Source of the DNA: a virus | Lineage: Duplodnaviria; Heunggongvirae; Uroviricota; Caudoviricetes | Length of the DNA: 13,075 bases | Reading direction: 5' to 3' (one strand) | Virus record (IMG/VR): IMGVR_UViG_2690316099_000003 | Shown here: piece after piece, positions 6,354-13,075 of the stretch | Position numbering within the stretch: the first letter of the stretch is position 1 | Layout: every line of letters begins with the position of its first letter | Program-made: the position numbers and the translations under genes | Notes under the pieces: model-generated | The model's input: only the letters and a program-made list of their open reading frames with translations | Database searches by the model: none | What the model was told of the DNA's origin: nothing

Positions 6354-7295
6354 ATGAGCACTAAATTAACCGGCTATGTATGGGATGGTTGCGCAGCGTC
6401 AGGCATGAAATTATCCAGTGTGGCAATTATGGCCCGCCTGGCTGATTTCAGTAATGACGAAGGTGTGTGCTGGCCATCGATTGAAACCATTGCCCGCCAG
6501 ATTGGCGCGGGGATGAGTACCGTCAGAACGGCTATTGCACGGCTGGAAGCAGAAGGCTGGTTAACGCGTAAGGCGCGTCGCCAGGGTAACCGTAATGCGT
6601 CGAATGTTTATCAGCTTAACGTTGCGAAGCTTCAGGCCGCGGCATTTTCTCAACTGTCAGATTCTGACCCGTCAAAATCTGACGCATCAAAATCTGACCC
6701 GTCAAAATTTGATGCGTCGAAATCTGGCAAAAAAGCGGGTTTTCACCCGTCAGAATCTGGCGGGGATCCGTCAGTAAAATCAAAATATGATCCGTCAGAT
6801 AAAAAACCTTCTCGTCCGGACGTTTCGCAACCGGACACGCAGACGGCTGAACAGGATTTTTTAACTCGCCATCCTGATGCGGTTGTATTCAGCCCTAAAA
6901 AGTGCCAGTGGGGAACGCAGGATGATTTGACCTGCGCACAGTGGCTCTGGAAAAAAATCATCGCCCTGTACGAGCAGGCCGCCGAATGTGACGGCGAGGT
7001 GGTTCGTCCCAAAGAACCGAACTGGACAGCCTGGGCAAACGAAATTCGCCTGATGTGTGTGCAGGATGGTCGTACTCACAAACAAATCTGCGAGATGTAC
7101 AGCCGCATCAGCCGCGATCCGTTCTGGTGCCGTAACGTGCTCAGCCCGTCGAAGCTGCGGGAAAAATGGGATGAGCTTTCCCTGCGCTTATCGCCGTCCA
7201 TCAGCACGTACACAGAAAAACGCGAAGACCCGTACTTCAAAGCCAGTTACGACAATGTGGACTACAGCCAGATCCCGGCAGGATTCAGGGGGTGA
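6354..7295 (+). CDS. Phage replication initiator-like protein (O-like / YfdO-like): N-terminal winged-helix region, repeat-rich linker, C-terminal domain (313 aa)
   Basis: N-terminal HTH-like segment (SVAIMARLADFSNDEGVCWPSIETIARQIGAGMSTVRTAIARLEAEGWL); low-complexity DPSKSDASKSDPSKFDASKSG linker encoded by tandem DNA repeats; position after cro/cII as for lambda O. Confidence 0.55.
   Translation: MSTKLTGYVWDGCAASGMKLSSVAIMARLADFSNDEGVCWPSIETIARQIGAGMSTVRTAIARLEAEGWLTRKARRQGNRNASNVYQLNVAKLQAAAFSQLSDSDPSKSDASKSDPSKFDASKSGKKAGFHPSESGGDPSVKSKYDPSDKKPSRPDVSQPDTQTAEQDFLTRHPDAVVFSPKKCQWGTQDDLTCAQWLWKKIIALYEQAAECDGEVVRPKEPNWTAWANEIRLMCVQDGRTHKQICEMYSRISRDPFWCRNVLSPSKLREKWDELSLRLSPSISTYTEKREDPYFKASYDNVDYSQIPAGFRG
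6654..6810. repeat. Iteron-like tandem array inside the replication gene: four 15-bp units (ccgtcaaaatctgac and variants at 6669, 6684, 6699, 6714) plus further ccgtcag-containing copies at 6747, 6768, 6792, ending in an A-rich stretch
   Basis: Repeat units read directly; the arrangement (iterons within the initiator gene followed by A/T-rich DNA) matches the lambda ori layout. Confidence 0.5.
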
Positions 7296-7297
7296 GC

Positions 7298-7783
7298 ATG
7301 AGTCTTTTGAATGACGTTCAGAAATTCATTGAAGCCCATCCGGGGTGTACTTCCGGAGACATTGCGGATGCTTTTGCAGGTTACTCACGGCAGCGCGTTC
7401 TACAGTCAGCAAGCAAGTTACGTCAGAGCGGGCGTGTGGCTCACCGTTGTGAAGTAGATACACGCAGACATTTCCCGCGCCTGACTGAGAGAGCGCAGGA
7501 GCCGGAACCACAACCAGTTCGTGAAACCAGACCTGTGCGCAATTTCTATGTCGGCACTAACGATCCCCGGGTGATTTTGTTGACCCGCCAGGCGGAAGAA
7601 CTGGAGTCCAGGGGCTTATACCGTCGTGCTGCAACGGTGTGGATGGCGGCATTCCGTGAAAGCCACTCCCAGCCAGAACGAAACAATTTTCTGGCGCATC
7701 GTGAGCGGTGCTTACGGAAAAGCAGCAAGCGCGCTGCATCGGGTGAAGAGTGGTATCTGTCAGGGAATTACGTGGGGGCTTAA
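7298..7783 (+). CDS. PerC-family transcriptional regulator-like protein (161 aa from ATG 7298)
   Basis: Motif AEELESRGLYRRAATVWMAAF resembles the PerC-family core; ATG 7298 has a GGGGG RBS; the track's GTG 7292 start is less likely. Confidence 0.55.
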   Translation: MSLLNDVQKFIEAHPGCTSGDIADAFAGYSRQRVLQSASKLRQSGRVAHRCEVDTRRHFPRLTERAQEPEPQPVRETRPVRNFYVGTNDPRVILLTRQAEELESRGLYRRAATVWMAAFRESHSQPERNNFLAHRERCLRKSSKRAASGEEWYLSGNYVGA

Positions 7784-8436
7784 TGAGTAATAAATATTGC
7801 CAGGCGCTGGTGGAGCTGCGGAACAAACCAGCCCATGAACTGAAGGAAGTGGGCGATCAGTGGCGCACGCCGGACAACATTTTCTGGGGAATTAACACCC
7901 TGTTTGGCCCGTTTGTTCTGGATCTGTTTACTGATGGTGATAACGCCAAATGTGCCGCTTATTACACTGCGGAAGACAACGCGCTGGCGCATGACTGGTC
8001 AGAACGTCTTGCGGAGCTTAAAGGTGCTGCCTTTGGTAATCCCCCGTACAGTCGCGCCAGTCAGCATGAGGGGCAATACATCACCGGCATGCGTTACATC
8101 ATGAAACATGCCAGTGCTATGCGTGATAAAGGCGGGCGCTATGTTTTCCTGATCAAAGCTGCCACCAGCGAAGTGTGGTGGCCGGAAGATGCAGACCATA
8201 TTGCTTTTATTCGCGGGCGTATTGGTTTTGAACTGCCAGCCTGGTTTATCCCGAAGGACGAGAAGCAGGTGCCGACAGGCGCTTTCTTCGCTGGTGCTAT
8301 TGCTGTTTTCGACAAGACCTGGAAGGGACCGGCAATCAGCTACATCGGGCGCGATGAACTTGAGGCATGTGGTGAGGCCTTTCTGGTGCAGGTTCGCCAG
8401 CAGGCGGAAAAACTGGTCAGGGAGATGGCGGCATGA
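7783..8436 (+). CDS. Phage Dam-type DNA N6-adenine methyltransferase (217 aa from ATG 7783)
   Basis: Catalytic NPPY motif (AFGNPPYSRA); ATG 7783 overlaps the upstream stop as TAATG and has a GGGGG RBS; the track's 7750 start lies inside the upstream gene. Confidence 0.75.
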   Translation: MSNKYCQALVELRNKPAHELKEVGDQWRTPDNIFWGINTLFGPFVLDLFTDGDNAKCAAYYTAEDNALAHDWSERLAELKGAAFGNPPYSRASQHEGQYITGMRYIMKHASAMRDKGGRYVFLIKAATSEVWWPEDADHIAFIRGRIGFELPAWFIPKDEKQVPTGAFFAGAIAVFDKTWKGPAISYIGRDELEACGEAFLVQVRQQAEKLVREMAA

Positions 8437-8759
8437 CGACATTAACTCAATGCCAGCAGCAGGTGCTGGATATGCTGATTTCTTACCAGAAAGAACGTGG
8501 CTTCCCGCCAACCAATCAGGAGGTGGCAACCATGCTGGGATACCGTTCAGTGAATGCAGCAGTGGAGCATCTTCGCGCACTGGAGAAAAAAGGCGTCATC
8601 ACGATAAAGCGTGGCGTGGCCCGGGGGATAACGCTTCATACCGCGGTGAAGGACGACGACAGCGAGGCGGTCGGGATTATCCGCTCACTGCTTGCCGGTG
8701 AGGAAAACGCAAGGCTGCGTGCAACCCACTGGTTACATGAGAGAGGCCTGAAAGCATGA
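8433..8759 (+). CDS. LexA N-terminal DNA-binding-domain-like protein lacking the S24 peptidase domain (108 aa)
   Basis: Near-colinear match to the recalled LexA N-terminus (ours RGFPPTNQEVATMLGYRSVNAAVEHLRALEKKGVITIKRGVARGITL versus LexA [36 protein letters not shown]...RGIRL); no Ser/Lys peptidase domain follows; ATGA overlap with the upstream gene. Confidence 0.65.
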   Translation: MTTLTQCQQQVLDMLISYQKERGFPPTNQEVATMLGYRSVNAAVEHLRALEKKGVITIKRGVARGITLHTAVKDDDSEAVGIIRSLLAGEENARLRATHWLHERGLKA

Positions 8760-9145
8760 AGCTGATCCTGCCTTTTCCGCCCAGCGTGAACACGTACTGG
8801 CGACACCCCAACAAAGGGGCGTTTGCAGGTAAGAGCCTGATAAGCGCGGCGGGGCGAAAATTCCAGAGCGCGGCGTGTGCAGCAATAGTTGAGCAGTTAC
8901 GTCGTCTGCCAAAACCAACGTCGGCACCTGCTTCAGTGGAGATCGTGTTGTTTCCTCCGGATAACCGGATCCGCGATCTGGACAACTATAACAAGGCGCT
9001 GTTTGACGCCCTGACCCACGCGGGTGTGTGGGAGGACGACAGTCAGGTGAAAAGAATGCTGGTGGAGTGGGGACCGGTTATCCCGGAAGGGAAGGTCGAG
9101 ATCACTATCAGTAAGTACGAGAAAACGGCGGGTGCAGCCGCCTGA
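8756..9145 (+). CDS. rusA: RusA-family Holliday junction resolvase (129 aa)
   Basis: N-terminal LILPFPPSVNTYW signature and size typical of RusA; ATGA overlap with the upstream gene. Confidence 0.75.
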   Translation: MKLILPFPPSVNTYWRHPNKGAFAGKSLISAAGRKFQSAACAAIVEQLRRLPKPTSAPASVEIVLFPPDNRIRDLDNYNKALFDALTHAGVWEDDSQVKRMLVEWGPVIPEGKVEITISKYEKTAGAAA

Positions 9146-9164
9146 TTAAGAGGAGAAACGAAGT

Positions 9165-9974
9165 ATGAATAATCTGATGGTCATTGATGGTATTGAAGTT
9201 CGTCGTGATGCTTATGGGCGTTACAGCCTGAACGATCTGCATCGCGCAGCAGTAGCATCTGGTGCAAATGCCAGAACCAAGGAGCCGGGAAAGTTTCTTT
9301 CCAGCCAACAAACTGTTGAGCTTGTTCATGAATTGACCAACACCCAGAATTTGGGTGTTGACCCGGTGAGTGTGATTCATGGGGGAAATGAACGGGGAAC
9401 GTATGTCTGCAAGGAACTGGTGTATGCCTATGCAATGTGGATCAGCCCGTCATTCCATCTGAAGGTGATCCGTACTTTCGATATGGTAACCAGCGCACCG
9501 GAAAAATTATCCGGACAGGCTGCTGACAAGATGCAGGCTGGCGTGATCCTGCTGGACTTTATGCGCCGGGAGTTAAACCTGTCTAACTCTTCAGTGCTTG
9601 GTGCCTGTCAGAAACTCCAGGAGGCTGTTGGCTTACCGAATCTGGCACCGCGCTATGCCATTGATGCTCCTGCTGATGCACACGATGGCTCAAGTCGCCC
9701 GACACTGTCACTGAGCGCACTGCTGAAACAGTATGGTATACGCCTGACGGCTAATCAGGCATATCACCAGATGGTGAAACTGGGGATCGTCGAGCAGCGC
9801 GAACGATACAGCCGTACCGCGATTAACAACATCAAAAAATTCTGGTCGCTGACAGCGAAAGGTTGCATGTTCGGCAAGAACATCACCAGTCCCGCAAATC
9901 CGCGCGAGACGCAGCCGCATTTCTTCGAATCCCGATTCCCTGAGCTGTTAAAGCTGCTCGATACCGTTCATTGA
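9165..9974 (+). CDS. KilA-N domain protein, possible antirepressor-like (269 aa)
   Basis: N-terminal KilA-N-like pattern (DGIEVRR...YSLNDLHRAA...GTYVCKELVYAYAMWISPSFHLKVIRTF); strong AGGAG RBS 12 nt upstream. Confidence 0.65.
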   Translation: MNNLMVIDGIEVRRDAYGRYSLNDLHRAAVASGANARTKEPGKFLSSQQTVELVHELTNTQNLGVDPVSVIHGGNERGTYVCKELVYAYAMWISPSFHLKVIRTFDMVTSAPEKLSGQAADKMQAGVILLDFMRRELNLSNSSVLGACQKLQEAVGLPNLAPRYAIDAPADAHDGSSRPTLSLSALLKQYGIRLTANQAYHQMVKLGIVEQRERYSRTAINNIKKFWSLTAKGCMFGKNITSPANPRETQPHFFESRFPELLKLLDTVH

Positions 9975-9975
9975 G

Positions 9976-10971
9976 GTGACCGTGAGAGCGCTACTGACCC
10001 CTGAAATTGCCCCGCGTATGGGGATCGTATTGTTCAGGCCAGGTTCAGAGCTGATGCCCCTGTTTATGCAGGGGCGTGTCCTGCTGGAGCCTGAGCCGGA
10101 GCGTTATTCATCTTTCGCGAGTGGTGCCGTTCCGGCGGCATCACAACCGCTGGCGGATGATCCTGCCGTTCGGGCCGTGTTCCGCAATGAGGCAGTGATC
10201 CGTCGTGCTGGTGGCGTGGAATGTCTTGAAAGCTGGTTACTTCGTGAAAAAGGCTGCCAGAGGCCTCATTCCGACTGGCACAGCGAGAACATGACCACAA
10301 TGCGACACGCTCCGGGTGCAATCCGTCTGTGCTGGCACTGCGATAACCAGCTGCGCGATCAGTTCACGGAACGGCTGGAATCAATGGCAACGGATAACTG
10401 TGCCCGCTGGGTGTTGTCTGTTGTGCGTCGGGATCTCGGTTTTGATGACAGTCACGTTGTGACAATGCCGGAACTGTGCTGGTGGCTGATTCGTAATGAC
10501 CTGGCGGATGCCTTACCGGAAAGTGCAGCCCGTAAGGCACTGAGATTACCGAAGCCTGTTGTGCCGTCTGTCACCCGGGAAAGTGACCTTGTGCCTTCGG
10601 TTCCTGCCACCAGCATCATCCAGGATAAGGCGAAAAAGGTGCTGGCGCTGAAAGTGGATCCGGAGTCGCCGGAGTCTTTTATGTTACGCCCAAAACGTCG
10701 CCGCTGGGTTAATGAAAAGTACACGCGCTGGGTTAAGACACAGCCGTGTGCATGTTGTGGAAAGCCCGCTGATGATCCCCACCACCTGATAGGTCACGGT
10801 CAGGGTGGAATGGGAACAAAAGCGCATGACCTTTTTGTGTTGCCTTTGTGCAGAAAGCATCACGACGAGCTGCATGCGGATACCGTGGCATTTGAAGAGA
10901 AGTATGGCTCCCAGCTGGAGCTGATATTTCGTTTTATCGATCGTGCGCTGGCAATAGGCGTACTGGCGTAA
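9976..10971 (+). CDS. DUF968-family phage protein (YdfU-like) with C-terminal Cys/His-rich HNH-like motif (331 aa from GTG 9976; alternative ATG 10018)
   Basis: C-terminal CACCGK...DDPHHL...CRKHHDELH cluster; size and position before Q match the recalled Qin ydfU context; GTG start directly abuts the upstream stop. Confidence 0.55.
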   Translation: MTVRALLTPEIAPRMGIVLFRPGSELMPLFMQGRVLLEPEPERYSSFASGAVPAASQPLADDPAVRAVFRNEAVIRRAGGVECLESWLLREKGCQRPHSDWHSENMTTMRHAPGAIRLCWHCDNQLRDQFTERLESMATDNCARWVLSVVRRDLGFDDSHVVTMPELCWWLIRNDLADALPESAARKALRLPKPVVPSVTRESDLVPSVPATSIIQDKAKKVLALKVDPESPESFMLRPKRRRWVNEKYTRWVKTQPCACCGKPADDPHHLIGHGQGGMGTKAHDLFVLPLCRKHHDELHADTVAFEEKYGSQLELIFRFIDRALAIGVLA

Positions 10972-10984
10972 GTGGAGAACGAGC

Positions 10985-11737
10985 ATGAACCTTGAAGCCT
11001 TACCAAAATATTACTCCCCAAAATCTCCAAAATTGAGTGATGACGCACCGGCGACAGGCTCTGGTGGTTTAACGATTACGGATGTGATGGCTGCGCAGGG
11101 GATGGTGCAGTCGAAAGCACCGCTTGGGTTTGCCTTATTCCTGGCAAAAGTTGGTGTTCAGGATCCTCAGTTTGCGATTGAAGGTCTGCTCAATTACGCG
11201 ATGGCACTGGATAACCCGACATTGAATAAATTGAGTGAAGAAACCCGGCTACAGATTATTCCTTACCTTGTGAATTTTGCCTTTGCTGATTATTCCAGGT
11301 CTGCGGCAAGTAAGGCTCGTTGTGAGCATTGTGCTGGTACTGGATTTCATAATGTATTGCTCGAAGTGGTGAAACACTCCAGAAGCGGGGAATCTGTTAT
11401 CAAAGAAGAGTGGGTGAAGGAACTATGTCAGCATTGCCATGGTAAGGGAGAAGTCAGCACAGCGTGCAGAGGGTGTAAGGGTAAAGGTATTGTCCTGGAT
11501 GAAAAAAGGACCCGGCTTCATGGCACACCTGTTTATAAGATTTGTGGGCGTTGCAATGGAAAACGGTTTAGTCGTTTACCAACCACACTGGCGCGGCATC
11601 ATGTCCAGAAGCTGGTACCAGACCTGAGTGATTATCAGTGGTATAAAGGATATGCAAATGTCATTGATAAACTGGTTACAAAGTGCTGGCAGGAGGAATC
11701 TTACGCTGAAGCACAATTGAGAAAGGTGACGAGATAA
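10985..11737 (+). CDS. Late-gene antiterminator Q-like protein (250 aa) with four CxxCxGxG zinc-finger motifs
   Basis: CEHCAGTG, CQHCHGKG, CRGCKGKG, CGRCNGKR read in translation; 250 aa equals the recalled size of Qin QuuQ; followed by a promoter plus terminator as expected for PR'-tR'. Confidence 0.6.
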   Translation: MNLEALPKYYSPKSPKLSDDAPATGSGGLTITDVMAAQGMVQSKAPLGFALFLAKVGVQDPQFAIEGLLNYAMALDNPTLNKLSEETRLQIIPYLVNFAFADYSRSAASKARCEHCAGTGFHNVLLEVVKHSRSGESVIKEEWVKELCQHCHGKGEVSTACRGCKGKGIVLDEKRTRLHGTPVYKICGRCNGKRFSRLPTTLARHHVQKLVPDLSDYQWYKGYANVIDKLVTKCWQEESYAEAQLRKVTR

Positions 11738-11768
11738 GTGATTTTCGCCGAAGATGACGACGTGATTC

Positions 11769-11797
11769 TTGCATTTTTCAAAAAATATGGATAAAAT
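11769..11797 (+). promoter_or_regulatory. Candidate late promoter PR': -35 ttgcat (11769-11774), 17-bp spacer, -10 taaaat (11792-11797)
   Basis: Hexamers and spacing read directly; located 32 bp downstream of the Q stop and about 45 bp upstream of an intrinsic terminator. Confidence 0.45.
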
Positions 11798-11842
11798 TTT
11801 TTCAACGATGGGCTTTGTATACCCGAAGTTAAGAAAAAGTAG

Positions 11843-11870
11843 AAAACCCGCTGATGAGCGGGTTTTTGTG
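11843..11870 (+). terminator. Rho-independent terminator (candidate tR'): stem aaaacccgct / agcgggtttt, loop gatg, then tttttgtgcttt
   Basis: GC-rich perfect stem plus T-run read directly; on the complement it is also followed by a T-rich tract, so it may act bidirectionally. Confidence 0.7.
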
Positions 11871-12159
11871 CTTTAAATAGGGTAATAGAGATGCTGAATC
11901 TCATTACGGGATTCATGTTAGTTTACTTATTATTTATCGGGTGACTTTGTTTTTTGCCTGATGTTTAAAATGTTTTCTTCCAGTACAATGTCCATAGATA
12001 CAATGAGTCTGCTTATTACATTATTAGCAGAGCTATTAAGGTCAAAGTACAGCATAAGCTTTTAAAGCCAATCAACCAGTCATCAAGACAGACGGGTTTA
12101 TTCATGAAAACTCTCCATGTTTGATTCGATGGGGCTTGAAGTTAAAGCTTTAATATAGC

Positions 12160-12372
12160 TCATGAAAGGTAAACATTGGCAGCTGATGGTCCACGCAGAC
12201 CATTTATCCGGCAAAATTCCACGCGTAATCCGGTGGTAATTTCTTCTGCATCACGGAGATTGAGCGCTGAAACATGAAGCTGGACATCGATACGACCATC
12301 GGATGGGGTTATAAGACCTTTGCCGCTTTTGCCGTCAAAGGTTTTGAGAATTCCTGTCATTTTACGGGACAA
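12160..12372 (-). CDS. cspF: Cold-shock-domain protein, CspF/CspH-like (70 aa)
   Basis: CspA-family fold signature ([23 protein letters not shown]...) with degenerate RNP motifs as in the CspF/CspH subgroup; divergent from the CspB-like gene as in Qin. Confidence 0.75.
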   Translation of the reverse strand: MSRKMTGILKTFDGKSGKGLITPSDGRIDVQLHVSALNLRDAEEITTGLRVEFCRINGLRGPSAANVYLS

Positions 12373-12672
12373 AAAAATTCCTTAATACTGATAACTTGGC
12401 GCACTATACACACGTTCCTGAAGAAAGCTATAGTTTTTTGATGGGGTTGAAGATGGCTGGATGTCTAAAATAAACATTGCTTCATATGTTCAACTATGCG
12501 TTAATGATTGCGTCGGTTTGAAGAACAGACGATATACGAAGTAGTTTACTAAAGCAGTTCTCATTTCAGGTGTTATTCACTTATTCCTTCTTTGAGTCTC
12601 TCCAATTAAGTACGAAGTCGTTTCTGTTATACAAGCCATTTATGCCGAAAGGCTCAAGTTAAGGAATGTAGA

Positions 12673-12888
12673 ATGTCAAATAAAATGACTGGTTTAGTAA
12701 AATGGTTTAACGCTGATAAAGGTTTTGGCTTTATTTCTCCTGTTGATGGTAGTAAAGATGTGTTTGTGCATTTTTCTGCGATTCAGAATGATAATTATCG
12801 AACCTTATTTGAAGGACAAAAGGTTACCTTCTCTGTAGAGAGTGGTGCTAAAGGTCCAGCAGCAGCAAATGTCATCATTACTGATTAA
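12673..12888 (+). CDS. cspB: Cold-shock protein CspB-like, CspA family (71 aa)
   Basis: [38 protein letters not shown] with RNP1 (KGFGFI) and RNP2 (VFVHF) motifs; about 300 bp AT-rich upstream region consistent with the long 5'UTR of cold-shock genes. Confidence 0.85.
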   Translation: MSNKMTGLVKWFNADKGFGFISPVDGSKDVFVHFSAIQNDNYRTLFEGQKVTFSVESGAKGPAAANVIITD

Positions 12889-12999
12889 AATTCATAGTTT
12901 GTCTGTATACGATAACGAAGAAGGCTGATGCCTGAGTGGAGATACAGACAGAGTGGTGAATATTGGATCTCTTTAATAAATAGTAAGGAGGTCCAATAC

Positions 13000-13035
13000 A
13001 TGAAACAATGGCCAGCATATTTGGCAATAACTTAA
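13000..13035 (+). CDS. Mini-ORF (11 codons, MKQWPAYLAIT) with a near-perfect Shine-Dalgarno sequence
   Basis: taaggaggt (12984-12992) placed 7 nt before ATG 13000; stop TAA at 13033-13035. Could be a leader peptide or small protein; coding status unproven. Confidence 0.3.
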   Translation: MKQWPAYLAIT

Positions 13036-13075
13036 TCAGGAAAAGTATGCTAACCATTGTGGTGAAGTGCAGGTT

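Noticed and set aside
6595-6777. 60-aa plus-strand ORF with repetitive RQNLT motifs
   Set aside because: Alternative-frame reading of the iteron array inside the replication gene; the repetitiveness is a by-product of the DNA repeats.
6654-6810. Tandem repeats considered as a CRISPR array
   Set aside because: Units are 15 bp with no unique spacers of CRISPR length, lie inside a coding gene, and there are no cas genes; iterons are the better explanation.
7999-8985. Multiple overlapping ORFs (193, 170, 102, 64 aa) on both strands across the methyltransferase, LexA-like and RusA genes
   Set aside because: Arg/Ser/Pro-rich translations typical of off-frame reading of GC-rich coding DNA; the plus-strand genes have domain signatures and coupled starts.
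9108-10986. Antisense and off-frame ORFs of 70-100 aa overlapping the KilA-N and DUF968 genes
   Set aside because: Overlap better-supported genes, lack RBS and recognisable motifs.
11843-11862. Hammerhead-ribozyme-like CUGAUGAG sequence
   Set aside because: It is simply the loop and 3' arm of a canonical intrinsic terminator; no three-stem hammerhead architecture or conserved GAAAC partner in the right position.

Overview
The window reads as a mosaic lambdoid (temperate, Enterobacteriaceae/E. coli-type) prophage segment, in phage map order from the excisionase end to the start of the late region. All calls rest on reading the sequence and the supplied ORF track and on recalled protein-family knowledge; no searches were run. 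Left arm (minus strand, 101-3186): AlpA-type excisionase, two DUF551-like proteins, an HD-domain 5'-deoxynucleotidase (YfdR-like), a DUF2303/YfdQ-like protein and a YfdP-like protein, mostly translationally coupled, resembling the CPS-53/KpLE1 yfdP-T block. Centre: a GC-rich, highly structured ~470 bp non-coding island (3187-3655), an AT-rich orphan plus-strand ORF with a C-terminal zinc ribbon (3656-4177), a 73-N assembly gap (4209-4281), then a classic immunity switch with a cI-like repressor (minus) and a divergent Cro-like gene, and CTTAG/CTAAG operator-like repeats on both sides of cI. Right arm (plus strand): CII-like protein, a replication-initiator-like gene with an internal iteron-like array, PerC-like regulator, Dam-type methyltransferase, a truncated LexA-DNA-binding-domain-only protein, RusA resolvase, KilA-N protein, DUF968 protein and a Q-like antiterminator followed by a candidate PR'-tR' unit. 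The window ends with a divergent cold-shock gene pair (CspF-like, CspB-like) arranged as in the Qin prophage. The best candidate for something undescribed is the structured island plus the orphan zinc-ribbon ORF, which sit where lambda carries rexAB/sieB-type exclusion cargo; this is a positional inference only.
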